This document shows positions 45,082-54,153 of a stretch of DNA of 62,953 nt, piece after piece; positions within the stretch are counted from its first letter, which is position 1; each line of letters starts with the position of its first letter. The DNA comes from Candidatus Pacearchaeota archaeon (GTDB lineage Archaea; Nanobdellota; Nanobdellia; Pacearchaeales; GW2011-AR1). The notes below the pieces were generated by a model. The model was not told where the DNA came from. It saw only the letters and a list, made by a program, of their open reading frames with translations, and ran no database searches. The position numbers were made by a program, and so were the translations under genes. The DNA lies in the NCBI GenBank assembly GCA_017609085.1, contig JAFCEO010000001.1, positions 1 to 62,953 of the forward strand. Reading direction: 5' to 3'.

Positions 45082-45481
45082 ATGTTAAAAAAAAGTTATA
45101 TGGTGCTTGAATGGTTTTCAGAGTGCCTCAACTGTCACGAAGTTATTTTCAATCCTATTTGTCCTGCTTGTTTAGCAGTAGAGATAGAAGCCTGGTTACA
45201 ACCAATTTTTCCTTATCATAAAAAAAATAACGAAAAAAATTGAAGATTATATTAGAAAAACAAATAATCTTGCAAGCAAGACAGGCAAATTAACAAAATG
45301 CATTTCCTGTAGGAAATTATCAGTTTCACTTTGTCCTTACTGTTTCACCGAATATGTTTTCAATCTTTTGAAAAAGATTAAGGTAAATAAAGCAATCTTA
45401 AAAGAATTCTTAGAATTTTTTAATTATGATTTTGAGCATACGGGATATAGCAAAGATGCTGAGGAGTTAGGTGCAATTTAA
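45082..45481 (+). pseudogene. Zinc-ribbon protein (four CxxC pairs) split by a +1 frameshift in a poly-A run
   Basis: The N part is MLKKSYMVLEWFSECLNCHEVIFNPICPAC..PYHKK. It continues in another frame as ..KKIEDYIRKTNNLASKTGKLTKCISCRKLSVSLCPYCFTEY..EELGAI. Both frames are open across 45188-45243, and the A8 run lies at 45220-45227. Confidence 0.5.
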
Positions 45482-45553
45482 ATAATAATCGTTTCTCTGA
45501 CAATGCTTATCTTTAGAAGAATAATTTTTAAATCCTTTTTCTTTTTATTTTTT

Positions 45554-46477
45554 ATGACCAAAGCGCTGGTTTTGTTTTCAGGTGGTTTGGACTCTCGTCT
45601 TGCTGTTAAACTTTTACAGGAACAAAATATAAAAATAGAGGCCATTTTCTTTTTACTTCCTTTTGGAGGAGGTTGTTGTAATGATGTTCTTTGTTCTTTT
45701 AGGTTTGCACAAATGCAAGGAATAAGATTACATATTATTGATTGCACAAAAGGTCTTTTGTTGCGTGAGTATCTTTCTATCGTTAAAAAACCAAAATATG
45801 GTTATGGCAGAGGAATAAATCCTTGCATCGATTGTAGAATATTTATGTTAAAAAAAGCTAAAAAACTAGCAAAAAAAATTAAAGCAGATTTTATTGCAAC
45901 AGGAGAAGTTCTAGGCGAAAGACCAATGTCACAACATAGACAATCTTTAATGTTAATAGAAAAAGAAAGCGGCTTGATAGGGAAAATTCTAAGACCGCTT
46001 AGCGCTAAACTTCTTCCTGAAACAGACCCCGAAAAAAAAGGTTTGATAGATAGAGAGAAGCTTCTTGATATTCATGGAAGAAATAGAAAAAAACAAATAG
46101 CGCTAGCCAAGAAATTTAGGATAAGTTATCCTCCTCCGGCAGGCGGATGTTTGTTATGCGAAGATACTTATTCAAGAAAATTAAAAGATTTATTTAAGCA
46201 TAAAAATAAAATAAGTATAGAAGATATAAAAGTATTAAACATAGGGAGACATTTTAGAAAAAATGGCAAGATTATTTTGGGAAGAAATAAAGAAGAAAAT
46301 GAAAAATTACAACTATTAAATAAAAAATTGAACTACAATATAATAATTCCGGAGATTCCTGGTCCGACAGTCCTTTTTGAAAACAAAAAAGACAAAAAAA
46401 CAGCTCTTGACTTGCAAAAGGCTTATTCTTCTAAAAACTTGGAGTTAAGAGAGAAATTTGAAAAATATAGATTATAA
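45554..46477 (+). CDS. PP-loop ATPase, probable tRNA thiolation enzyme (ThiI/MnmA-related)
   Basis: ATG 45554 gives MTKALVLFSGGLDSRLA (SGGxDS PP-loop). Also NPCIDCRIFMLKKA, ATGEVLGERPMSQ and CLLCED. Confidence 0.7.
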   Translation: MTKALVLFSGGLDSRLAVKLLQEQNIKIEAIFFLLPFGGGCCNDVLCSFRFAQMQGIRLHIIDCTKGLLLREYLSIVKKPKYGYGRGINPCIDCRIFMLKKAKKLAKKIKADFIATGEVLGERPMSQHRQSLMLIEKESGLIGKILRPLSAKLLPETDPEKKGLIDREKLLDIHGRNRKKQIALAKKFRISYPPPAGGCLLCEDTYSRKLKDLFKHKNKISIEDIKVLNIGRHFRKNGKIILGRNKEENEKLQLLNKKLNYNIIIPEIPGPTVLFENKKDKKTALDLQKAYSSKNLELREKFEKYRL

Positions 46478-46484
46478 AATTTAG

Positions 46485-47033
46485 TTATTCAGCTTCTACA
46501 ACAGGATAAACAAAATACGGAGTTTCATGCGTCATTAATCGATATACTTTATGTTCTGCTAAATCAGTAACCCAAAATTTTCTTATGTTCAAGCCCCAAC
46601 TATTCGCCCTCTCTCTTATCCCTCTAATTACAACATCTTCTAACTCTTTTATATTAAGACACTCTTCATAAGTTTTTTCATGAGCATAATTTGCTATAAT
46701 TCCCATACTTAAATTTTGTAAAGATTTATCAAAATCCTGGACCTCTAATAAAGCCCTTTTAGCATCTCTAATAGAATATTCAATTGCTCCACTTACAGCC
46801 AAAGTTACCTTATCTTTTGTTGTTATACTCTGATTTGGCAAATTTATAACTTGAGGAGTGATATCTAATTTTTTTATGTCATCAATAAGAGGTATTTTCC
46901 AGTAAAGACCCGGCTCTAGTGTTCTTCTATATTTTCCAAATCTTAAGAAAACACCTCCTTCGTTGGGAAATATTTTAGAGTAGGGAAGGGTTTTTGTTAT
47001 TTGCCTCCCAATAATTTCAATCCATCCACTCAT
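46485..47033 (-). CDS. SPFH/Band-7 domain protein
   Basis: 182 aa. RFGKY...LEPGLYWKIPLID.I..LD...Q......Q...TKD.V.L.V.G.I.Y.I.D. Confidence 0.8.
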   Translation of the reverse strand: MSGWIEIIGRQITKTLPYSKIFPNEGGVFLRFGKYRRTLEPGLYWKIPLIDDIKKLDITPQVINLPNQSITTKDKVTLAVSGAIEYSIRDAKRALLEVQDFDKSLQNLSMGIIANYAHEKTYEECLNIKELEDVVIRGIRERANSWGLNIRKFWVTDLAEHKVYRLMTHETPYFVYPVVEAE

Positions 47034-47110
47034 CCATTAATCTTGCATCTTGAAATTTTTAAAGATTGTTGTATAAAAAGATTTATATTATATTGATATT
47101 TTTACATAAA

Positions 47111-47605
47111 ATGCCCTGTAAAATTTGCAAAATCAAACCTGTATGGAAATTCACAAATCAAAGGCAGCTTTGCAATATGTGTTTTGTAAAGTATTTCGAA
47201 AAAAAAGTGAAAAATACGATAAGAAAATACAATATGCCTATCCATAAGATTAAAAACAAAAGTTTAAAAGCTAAAATAATTAATTTCATAATACAGAATC
47301 TTCCTGAAAGAAAAGGCAAATTACAGGAAGATAGTTTAGATGATATTTCTAACAAGATAATTTACGTGATGATGTATGACGAAAAAAATAAACTAAAAAA
47401 CCTGCTTCCAAAAAACCAACCGCTTTACTTTTTATCAGATAAAGAAATTTTACTTTACGCCAGAATTAAGAAGATTAAGGGAGAATTAAAGAGAAAAAGA
47501 AGAGAATTAAAAGAAATAGACAATTTTATTCAAACTGTTGAAGAAAAGAATCCTGATATAAGACACAACATTGTTAATGCGTTATTAAAATTTAATTTTT
47601 TGTAA
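47111..47605 (+). CDS. Reduced NcsA/Ctu1/TtcA-like protein lacking the PP-loop
   Basis: ATG 47111 gives MPCKICKIKPVW...LCNMCFVKYFEKKVKNTIRKY (N-terminal Zn finger of the family). It keeps PLYFLSDKEILLYARIKKI and EEKNPDIRHNI-like segments. No SGGKDS motif is present. 164 aa. Confidence 0.45.
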   Translation: MPCKICKIKPVWKFTNQRQLCNMCFVKYFEKKVKNTIRKYNMPIHKIKNKSLKAKIINFIIQNLPERKGKLQEDSLDDISNKIIYVMMYDEKNKLKNLLPKNQPLYFLSDKEILLYARIKKIKGELKRKRRELKEIDNFIQTVEEKNPDIRHNIVNALLKFNFL

Positions 47606-48221
47606 TTTTTCTTAAATCTTTGAAACTGTTTACGATAAAATCTGGACCTGCCTTTAAAATTTCTGCTCTATTGTCCCATGCACATTTATTGCTAATAATT
47701 ATGCTAACACAACCAACTTTTTTCGCTATCTTGATATCTGCCACTCTATCTCCTATATAATAACAATTTTCTTTTTTTATGCCTTTTTTCTTTATATATT
47801 CTTTAATAAATTCAGCCTTATCTGAAAAATCTTCTGCCCCGTAGATTTCTTTAAAACAGTTGAGTTTAAGATGTTTTATAATCGGAATTATAAATTCTTT
47901 TAAAGAGTTTGAAACAAGTATTTTATATCCAGGAATATTTTTAATCAAGTCGACATCTTTACATTTTTTCACTTTCCAAATATCTTTTTTAACATTTTTC
48001 ATAATTCTCTTCTGTAAGAACCAAGAGACCAAGAAAGAAAATCCCAGATTTCTTAAAGTTTTTTTTAGATTCATTCCCAAATCAATGGCCTTATCTATTT
48101 CCTTATAAGAATAACCACAAAATTTTAATTCATTGTATATTGCTTTATAATACAAACTTTTTGTGTCTGCTATAGTTCCGTCAAAATCAAAAATAAAAAG
48201 TTTTGATTTTATCTTAGCCAT
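47592..48221 (-). CDS. HAD-superfamily hydrolase (phosphatase)
   Basis: The likely start ATG 48221 gives MAKIKSKLFIFDFDGTIADT (DxDGT). Also VSNS and GDRVADI motifs. The track ORF extends to 48386. Confidence 0.8.
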   Translation of the reverse strand: MAKIKSKLFIFDFDGTIADTKSLYYKAIYNELKFCGYSYKEIDKAIDLGMNLKKTLRNLGFSFLVSWFLQKRIMKNVKKDIWKVKKCKDVDLIKNIPGYKILVSNSLKEFIIPIIKHLKLNCFKEIYGAEDFSDKAEFIKEYIKKKGIKKENCYYIGDRVADIKIAKKVGCVSIIISNKCAWDNRAEILKAGPDFIVNSFKDLRKITKN

Positions 48222-48276
48222 CTTTTGTATAAATATATATCCTAAATATATAAATCTTTTTAAATTTTTGAAGTAA

Positions 48277-48645
48277 ATGGGAAAATACTTAAGAGAGAAA
48301 GCTCTTAAACAAGGTTGGTCTAAATATCTTAATCTTATTGGAAAAATGACTCCTGAAAAATCTGATGGAAAATACCGTTTTTGCAAAAAAATAAATAGAC
48401 TACAATGGGAGTATCAAATTAGGTCTTTATTTAAAAACGAGTATAGGCGAAAAGGTAATCAATACTACGGGAAATTAGAAGTTATTAAAGAGACTGAAGA
48501 ATGTAGGAAAATGAGAGGGATTAAAGAGGAAATTCCTGTAAAAATATCATTCAGTATAGACCGTCCTTGTGTCTTATGCACAAAGGACAAGGAAGATTTA
48601 GAAATAATATTCAGAAAAGTTCTTGACGCTTTGTCGGGAAAATAA
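48277..48645 (+). CDS. Hypothetical protein
   Basis: 122-aa ORF with ATATATAAAT about 25 nt upstream. There is only a weak RusA-like pattern (PVKISF..DLEIIFRKVLDALSGK), which I do not trust. Confidence 0.4.
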   Translation: MGKYLREKALKQGWSKYLNLIGKMTPEKSDGKYRFCKKINRLQWEYQIRSLFKNEYRRKGNQYYGKLEVIKETEECRKMRGIKEEIPVKISFSIDRPCVLCTKDKEDLEIIFRKVLDALSGK

Positions 48646-48657
48646 TTTTCAATTTAA

Positions 48658-50625
48658 TTATTTCTGTTTTTCTCTAGTTTCTTCTTCCATTCTTTTTAAA
48701 AAATCTTGAACGAACATTCTATTTCTGTCGATGTCTATTATTCTTTTAACTTTAAAGATTTCCATTCCGTAAATTTCATTTTTTTCAGTTTTTATATCTG
48801 CAAGAGTTTTTTCATGGATAGCTTTACTTAATAAAACCTCTTGTTCTGATATGTCAGCCAATTTTTTTGATATGGTGAGAGTATTTCCTAGACTTGTAAA
48901 TTTTAATTTGTTGTCTTGTATCCTGCTTACAATATCTCCGCTATGTACAGCCACGCCAAAATCGATTTTATCTTTAAAATTTTTGTTATACTCTTTTAAT
49001 GTTTTTTCAATTTCTAAAGCAGTTTTAACAGCATTGACGTGATTTTTTAAAGTTCTTGTAATAAGAGGAGAAAATATAATTAGATTATACTCTCCAGATT
49101 TGTAAATTGCTGCTTTTCCTTTATGAGCATTATTTAAAACTTTTTTAAGATTTTCTCTAGCTGTTTCGCTTAACTCATTTTTAACTTTAAGACATATAAG
49201 CGCAGTATCATGTTTTTGTCCTTGTAGAACAAGACTATGCTCTGCTTCTCTTATTTTTATCGGGACACTTTCTTTTTCCTCGCTTGTTTTTACTTTAATA
49301 ATCCCTCTTCCTTCCTTAATTAAAGGAAACTTGTTAGAAAGAACAAATTTTCTTTTTAAAATTCTTCTGCCAGCAGTGAAAACAAACATCCCCATGATAA
49401 AGATAAGGAAGACCCATGCTAATATTTTATTTTTAGCAAAAAAGCCCTCTTCAACTTCTCTTATTCCTACAATATTTCCTGTTAGAAGAGCATTATAGGA
49501 AACAGAATTCTTGCCATCTGTTATTGTAAGATTATATTTGCCATGGGGAGCCTTAATTTCGTACTTCTTTTCTTCCCCGACTGCCAACTTTGTGTTTATT
49601 ACTTCAACTACATTTCCTATACTTATCTGAACAGCTTTGTTGTATTCTACGTTTCCTATATTTTTTATTATTAATGTACTGTTAATAATTTCGAACTTAG
49701 CCTCTTCATTTTCCTCTACATAAAATTGTCTCTCTCCATATATTCCAGAAGAATAAGCTTTAAGCTTGTAATAGCCTGAGGACAGGTTTTTTTCAATTGA
49801 AAATCTCTTACTTTCATCTATTTTTATTAATCCTTTCTCAAGAGAATTTTCTTTTGAATTTTCAATTAAAAAAGAAGCTTCTCCATCTATCATAGCTCCA
49901 GATTGGTCATACAATAGAATTTTAAAAATTAGATCGTTTCCAGGTTTGACACTTTGAGAGTCTAATGCAACTTCCAATTTATTAGGAATTTGTTTTACAT
50001 TTATACTCGCCTTCTTTTCACCTTTGTTCGTTATTTCTTCACCCTCTTTCTCATAGACAGTTATATTCATTATGTAATTTCCTGCTTTTATGTTTTCAGG
50101 AAGGGTTAAGTTGGCTTCAAATTTTCCTTTTTCTACTATTCCAGTAGTGCTAATATTAACATCTGATAAAATAATTTCAAAAAAACCTTCTAGAAGTTGT
50201 GTGTTCGCTTTTTCTGCTTCTCCTTTGACATTAATCTTTTCTCCAGGCGCATAATTCAATTTGTCTGTTTCGACATTTAAAAAAATGGCATCAGAAATCA
50301 AAAATCGCACACTTTCTGCTCTGTTTAAACCATATTTTGTAACAATTTTGCACTGCCCTATTATTCCATCAAGAAATGTTTTTGTGAGAGACTGAGAGAT
50401 ATCAATTACAGTTTCATTATCTAAATATTTTAAAAAAATTGTCTTGGTTTTGTTCTTACATACCAATTCTGCTTTTAGCTGTTCTCCCACTTCCGATACT
50501 GAAACAGAAAATTTTAATTTATCGCCAATATTATACACAGAATTCATATCAGAATTAAACCAAATTTCTGCAGAAACTGTCGAAATTAAAAATATGCTTA
50601 AAATAAAACAAGCTAACTTCTTCAT
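48658..50625 (-). CDS. Single-pass membrane receptor-like protein: Ig-like ectodomain plus a cytoplasmic degenerate nucleotidyl-cyclase-like domain
   Basis: 655 aa. Signal MKKLACFILSIFLISTVSA, beta-rich repeats, TM ILAWVFLIFIMGMFVF. The C-terminal domain TALICLKVKN..KAAIYKSGEYNLIIFSP..NAVKTALEIEK..IDFGVAVHSGDIV..FTSLGNTLTISKKLAD resembles the class III cyclase fold. Confidence 0.6.
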   Translation of the reverse strand: MKKLACFILSIFLISTVSAEIWFNSDMNSVYNIGDKLKFSVSVSEVGEQLKAELVCKNKTKTIFLKYLDNETVIDISQSLTKTFLDGIIGQCKIVTKYGLNRAESVRFLISDAIFLNVETDKLNYAPGEKINVKGEAEKANTQLLEGFFEIILSDVNISTTGIVEKGKFEANLTLPENIKAGNYIMNITVYEKEGEEITNKGEKKASINVKQIPNKLEVALDSQSVKPGNDLIFKILLYDQSGAMIDGEASFLIENSKENSLEKGLIKIDESKRFSIEKNLSSGYYKLKAYSSGIYGERQFYVEENEEAKFEIINSTLIIKNIGNVEYNKAVQISIGNVVEVINTKLAVGEEKKYEIKAPHGKYNLTITDGKNSVSYNALLTGNIVGIREVEEGFFAKNKILAWVFLIFIMGMFVFTAGRRILKRKFVLSNKFPLIKEGRGIIKVKTSEEKESVPIKIREAEHSLVLQGQKHDTALICLKVKNELSETARENLKKVLNNAHKGKAAIYKSGEYNLIIFSPLITRTLKNHVNAVKTALEIEKTLKEYNKNFKDKIDFGVAVHSGDIVSRIQDNKLKFTSLGNTLTISKKLADISEQEVLLSKAIHEKTLADIKTEKNEIYGMEIFKVKRIIDIDRNRMFVQDFLKRMEEETREKQK

Positions 50626-50671
50626 TTTATAATTAAGAAGAACTGGGATATTTAAATATTATGCTATAAAG

Positions 50672-50679
50672 TTTATAAA
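50672..50679 (+). promoter_or_regulatory. TATA box candidate upstream of trpS
   Basis: TTTATAAA lies 22 nt upstream of ATG 50701. Confidence 0.4.
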
Positions 50680-50700
50680 CCTTTTTTTTCTTTACTAATC

Positions 50701-51783
50701 ATGGAAAAAGAGAAGTTTATTGATCCTTGGGGAAGTGAATTGCCTGAAGATTATGCTAAGCTTATTAGGGAATTTGGTTTAGAGAAGTTCAACGTTTCTG
50801 ATTTCCCCAATCCTAATAAACTAATGAGGAGAGGTTTAGTTTTTGCTGGCAGGAGTTTGGGGATAATTAGCAGAGCAATAAAAGAGAAAAAACCATTTTA
50901 TGCTTTGACAGGAATAATGCCCTCTTCTGAAAAAATTCACTTAGGAAATAAGTGTGTAATTGATAATCTTGTCTACTTTCAAAAGCAGGGTGCTAAAACC
51001 TATATGTTGGTTGCAGATTTAGAAGCCGCTGCAACTCGTGGCATCAGTTTAGAAGAATCAAGAAAAAGAGCCCTTAACTATCATATTCCAGCTTATATTG
51101 CTCTCGGATTAAATCCTAGGAAAACAAAATTCTATTTCCAATCCTCGAATAAAGAAGTAACAAGTTTAGCTTTTTCTCTAAGCGGTAAAGCCACATTAAA
51201 CGAATATAGGGCGATATATGGTTCAACTTCTCCAGCGAGAATAATGTCTTCTGTCTTGCAAGTAGCTGATATTCTTTATCCACAACTTGAGGAAGAAATG
51301 CCTGGGATTATTCCAACAGGAATAGATCAGGATCCTCATATAAGGTTAACTCGCGATATAGCTAAAAGAGCTAAAGGATATAAGTTCTTTTTGCCTTCTG
51401 CAATATATCATAAGTACACTCCAGCTTTAGATGGCAGTTTAAAAATGTCAAAATCAAAAGGGAATTTTATTGAGCTTCCCGAATCTTCCGAAAGTATAAA
51501 GAAAAAAATTATGAAAGCTGTAACTGGGGGAAGAAAAACAGCAGAAGAACAAAGAAAACTCGGAGGACAGCCTGAAAAAGATATGATTTACGAATTATTT
51601 AAACAGCATCTTATAGAGGATGACAAAGAACTTTTACAAAGAATTAAGGATAATAAAGCAGGAAAAATTTTGAGTAGAGAGGATAAAGAATATGCCATAG
51701 AGCTTCTTAATAAATTTATGGACGATTTTAAAAGAAAATTTGAAAAAGCAAAAAATCTTGTGCCTAAGTTAGATATTAGTTAA
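50701..51783 (+). CDS. trpS: Tryptophanyl-tRNA synthetase (archaeal type)
   Basis: 360 aa. DPWGSELPEDYAKLIREFGLEKF N-terminus typical of archaeal TrpRS, HIGH-like SEKIHLGN, and KMSKSKGN. Confidence 0.9.
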   Translation: MEKEKFIDPWGSELPEDYAKLIREFGLEKFNVSDFPNPNKLMRRGLVFAGRSLGIISRAIKEKKPFYALTGIMPSSEKIHLGNKCVIDNLVYFQKQGAKTYMLVADLEAAATRGISLEESRKRALNYHIPAYIALGLNPRKTKFYFQSSNKEVTSLAFSLSGKATLNEYRAIYGSTSPARIMSSVLQVADILYPQLEEEMPGIIPTGIDQDPHIRLTRDIAKRAKGYKFFLPSAIYHKYTPALDGSLKMSKSKGNFIELPESSESIKKKIMKAVTGGRKTAEEQRKLGGQPEKDMIYELFKQHLIEDDKELLQRIKDNKAGKILSREDKEYAIELLNKFMDDFKRKFEKAKNLVPKLDIS

Positions 51784-51895
51784 TTAAATAAAAGCTTCAT
51801 AATTGATAAACAATCTACTTCTTAAGGAATATAGATAGATCCTTTCCATTTTTACAAGATACTTTTAGCTATTACAAATTCCAAATAAATAAAGA

Positions 51896-51905
51896 TTTAT
51901 AAATA
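51896..51905 (+). promoter_or_regulatory. TATA box candidate upstream of thrS
   Basis: TTTATAAATA, preceded by AAAGA, lies 30 nt upstream of ATG 51935. Confidence 0.4.
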
Positions 51906-51934
51906 ATGTTTAGCAATATAATAAAATAGATAAA

Positions 51935-53827
51935 ATGAAACTATTAAGTTTACACTGCGACTATATAAAATTTAAACCCATTAAGAGGGCCATTAAAGAA
52001 CCAGAAAATTTAAGTGAGGCAGAGAAAAAAAGGAAAAAAATAGAAGAGGTTTTAGTTGTTTTTACAGCAGTTGAGAAACAAGATGAGGAGGATCAAGAAA
52101 TAATAAAAAAATATATGGATAATATTAAAGATATAGCTGAACAAGTTAAAGTCAAAAATATCGTCCTTTATCCTTATGCTCATCTTTCTTCTTCTCTTGC
52201 AAGACCAGATTTCGCTCAAAAAGTGATGCAAGAAGCAGAAAAAGAATTAAAAAAAGACAAGAAATTTGAGGTTGAAAGAGCACCTTTTGGATATTACAAA
52301 GAGTTTGAGTTAAAATGTAAAGGACATCCTCTTTCTGAACTTAGCAGAGAAATTACAGCAGAATCAACTAAGAAAAAAGAAGGGAAAAAAAGAAAGAAAG
52401 GTTCTGAATTTTGCAAGTTTATCCTTATAGATAGTAATGGCAAAGAGTATATCGTTAATGAAAAAAATTGGAAAAAATCTCCTATATGGAAAAACAAGGG
52501 AGAAGAATATGATAGATTAAAACAATTTGTTAAAAATGAATTGGAAAAAGGAGAAGAAAAAGATAAGCCAAAACATGTTTATTACATGAGGGAATTGGAA
52601 TTAGTTGATTACTGCCAGGAGTCTGATTTAGGACATTTTAAATGGTACCCGAAAGGCATGCTAATAAAACAATTAATATTGGATTTTCAAGAAAAATTAG
52701 CAAGAGACTATGGGGCATTTAAAATACAAAATCCTCTTCTTTACAGACTGAGTGTTCCTTCTATAAGGGATCTTTTAGGAGAATTCCATGAAAAAGACTA
52801 CTCTTGGAAAGAATCTAATGACTCTCTCATTTTAAGATTTGCATCTGACCCCGGCGCATTTCCTTTTATGCAAAAAGTTAATTTTTCTTATAAACAGATG
52901 CCGATAAAAGAATACGAAGAGGCAATCTGTTTTAGAAAAGAGAGAAGTGGAGAGTTGAAAGGTTTGAGGAGAGTCAGAAATTTTTTGATGACAGACTTGC
53001 ACGCTTTTTGTAAAGATGAAGAGCAACAAAAAGAAGAATTTGAGAAATTGTGTTATATTTGTAAAGAATTAATGGACAATATTATAGCTAAAGGAAGATG
53101 GGTTCTTGGATGGGAGGGAACTGTCGACTTCTATAACAAAAATAAAAAATGGTTAATTAAAATTATAACACGGATGCAGGTTCCTTCTTTTTTTAAATTA
53201 ATGAAAGAAAGAAGCCATTATTATGATATGAAAAACGAATTTCAGAGTATAGAAAGTGACGGAGCCAATACTCAAATTTCTACAGTTCAATTGGATTCTA
53301 TAAATGGAAAGAGGTTTAATATATGTTATATGGATAAAGATAATAAAAAAAAGCCATGTCAGATTATCCATTGCTCGACTTTTGGAAGTATAGAAAGAAC
53401 ACTTGCAGCAATATTGGAAAATGCGGCTATAGATGAGCGGGAAGGAAGAAAACCGTTTCTTCCATATTGGCTTTCTCCAACACAGGTAAGAATTTTGCCC
53501 CTTTCAGAAAAATATGTTCAAGAAGCCGAACTACTTGCTAAAGACTTAAATGAAAAACAAAATATAAGGGCAGACGTCGATGATAGAGACCTTCCTCTTT
53601 CAAAAAAAGTTTCAGATGCAGAAAAAGAATGGATACATTATATTGTTACGATAGGTAAAAAAGAGTTAGAAAATCAGATCTTGAGTGTAAGAATAAGAAA
53701 AACAGGAAAGGTCGAGCAAATGAAGCCCCATAATTTTCGCGATATGCTTAAAAAAGAACAAGCTGAAATGCCATGGCGACCTTTACCTCTTCCTGTTTTA
53801 TTAAGTAAAAGACCTAAATTTGTGTAA
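51935..53827 (+). CDS. thrS: Threonyl-tRNA synthetase, archaeal type with the N-terminal DTD-like editing domain
   Basis: 630 aa. MKLLSLHCDYIKFKP editing-domain start, motif 2 FRKERSGELKGLRRVRNFLMTDLHAF, and anticodon-binding SPTQVRILPL. Confidence 0.95.
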   Translation: MKLLSLHCDYIKFKPIKRAIKEPENLSEAEKKRKKIEEVLVVFTAVEKQDEEDQEIIKKYMDNIKDIAEQVKVKNIVLYPYAHLSSSLARPDFAQKVMQEAEKELKKDKKFEVERAPFGYYKEFELKCKGHPLSELSREITAESTKKKEGKKRKKGSEFCKFILIDSNGKEYIVNEKNWKKSPIWKNKGEEYDRLKQFVKNELEKGEEKDKPKHVYYMRELELVDYCQESDLGHFKWYPKGMLIKQLILDFQEKLARDYGAFKIQNPLLYRLSVPSIRDLLGEFHEKDYSWKESNDSLILRFASDPGAFPFMQKVNFSYKQMPIKEYEEAICFRKERSGELKGLRRVRNFLMTDLHAFCKDEEQQKEEFEKLCYICKELMDNIIAKGRWVLGWEGTVDFYNKNKKWLIKIITRMQVPSFFKLMKERSHYYDMKNEFQSIESDGANTQISTVQLDSINGKRFNICYMDKDNKKKPCQIIHCSTFGSIERTLAAILENAAIDEREGRKPFLPYWLSPTQVRILPLSEKYVQEAELLAKDLNEKQNIRADVDDRDLPLSKKVSDAEKEWIHYIVTIGKKELENQILSVRIRKTGKVEQMKPHNFRDMLKKEQAEMPWRPLPLPVLLSKRPKFV

Positions 53828-53830
53828 GGT

Positions 53831-54031
53831 TTATTCTTTTTTAAGTTTTACACCCAGTTCTTCTAATCTTTTTAGATGTGCACGCATTATAGCCTCTACA
53901 TTTTGAATCATCTTAATCAACTCGTTTCTTTCCGCAATTAAAGTATTTAACGCCCCTTGATGAAATCCAATTTCTTCTTCTTTTGAAATCTTTTTTGAAT
54001 TGTCTTCCAATGTCATGAACTCAACAGCCAA
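53831..54031 (-). CDS. Small coiled-coil protein (hypothetical)
   Basis: 66-aa ORF with no motif. Confidence 0.35.
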   Translation of the reverse strand: MAVEFMTLEDNSKKISKEEEIGFHQGALNTLIAERNELIKMIQNVEAIMRAHLKRLEELGVKLKKE

Positions 54032-54153
54032 ATATCTTTTATAAAAGTATGCCTTAAATTGTATTGAGGGAATACCAATATATTTATAATATATGAAAAT
54101 TTAGTAAAAATAGAAGATAATAAAATTTGCAAATTTAAATCAAAAATATCATA

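Noticed and set aside
48277-48645. Possible truncated RusA-like Holliday junction resolvase
   Set aside because: Only a loose pattern resemblance exists (PVKISF...DLEIIFRKVLDALSGK). The catalytic Asp residues expected in DLDN and the downstream DD are absent, so I treat it as a hypothetical protein.
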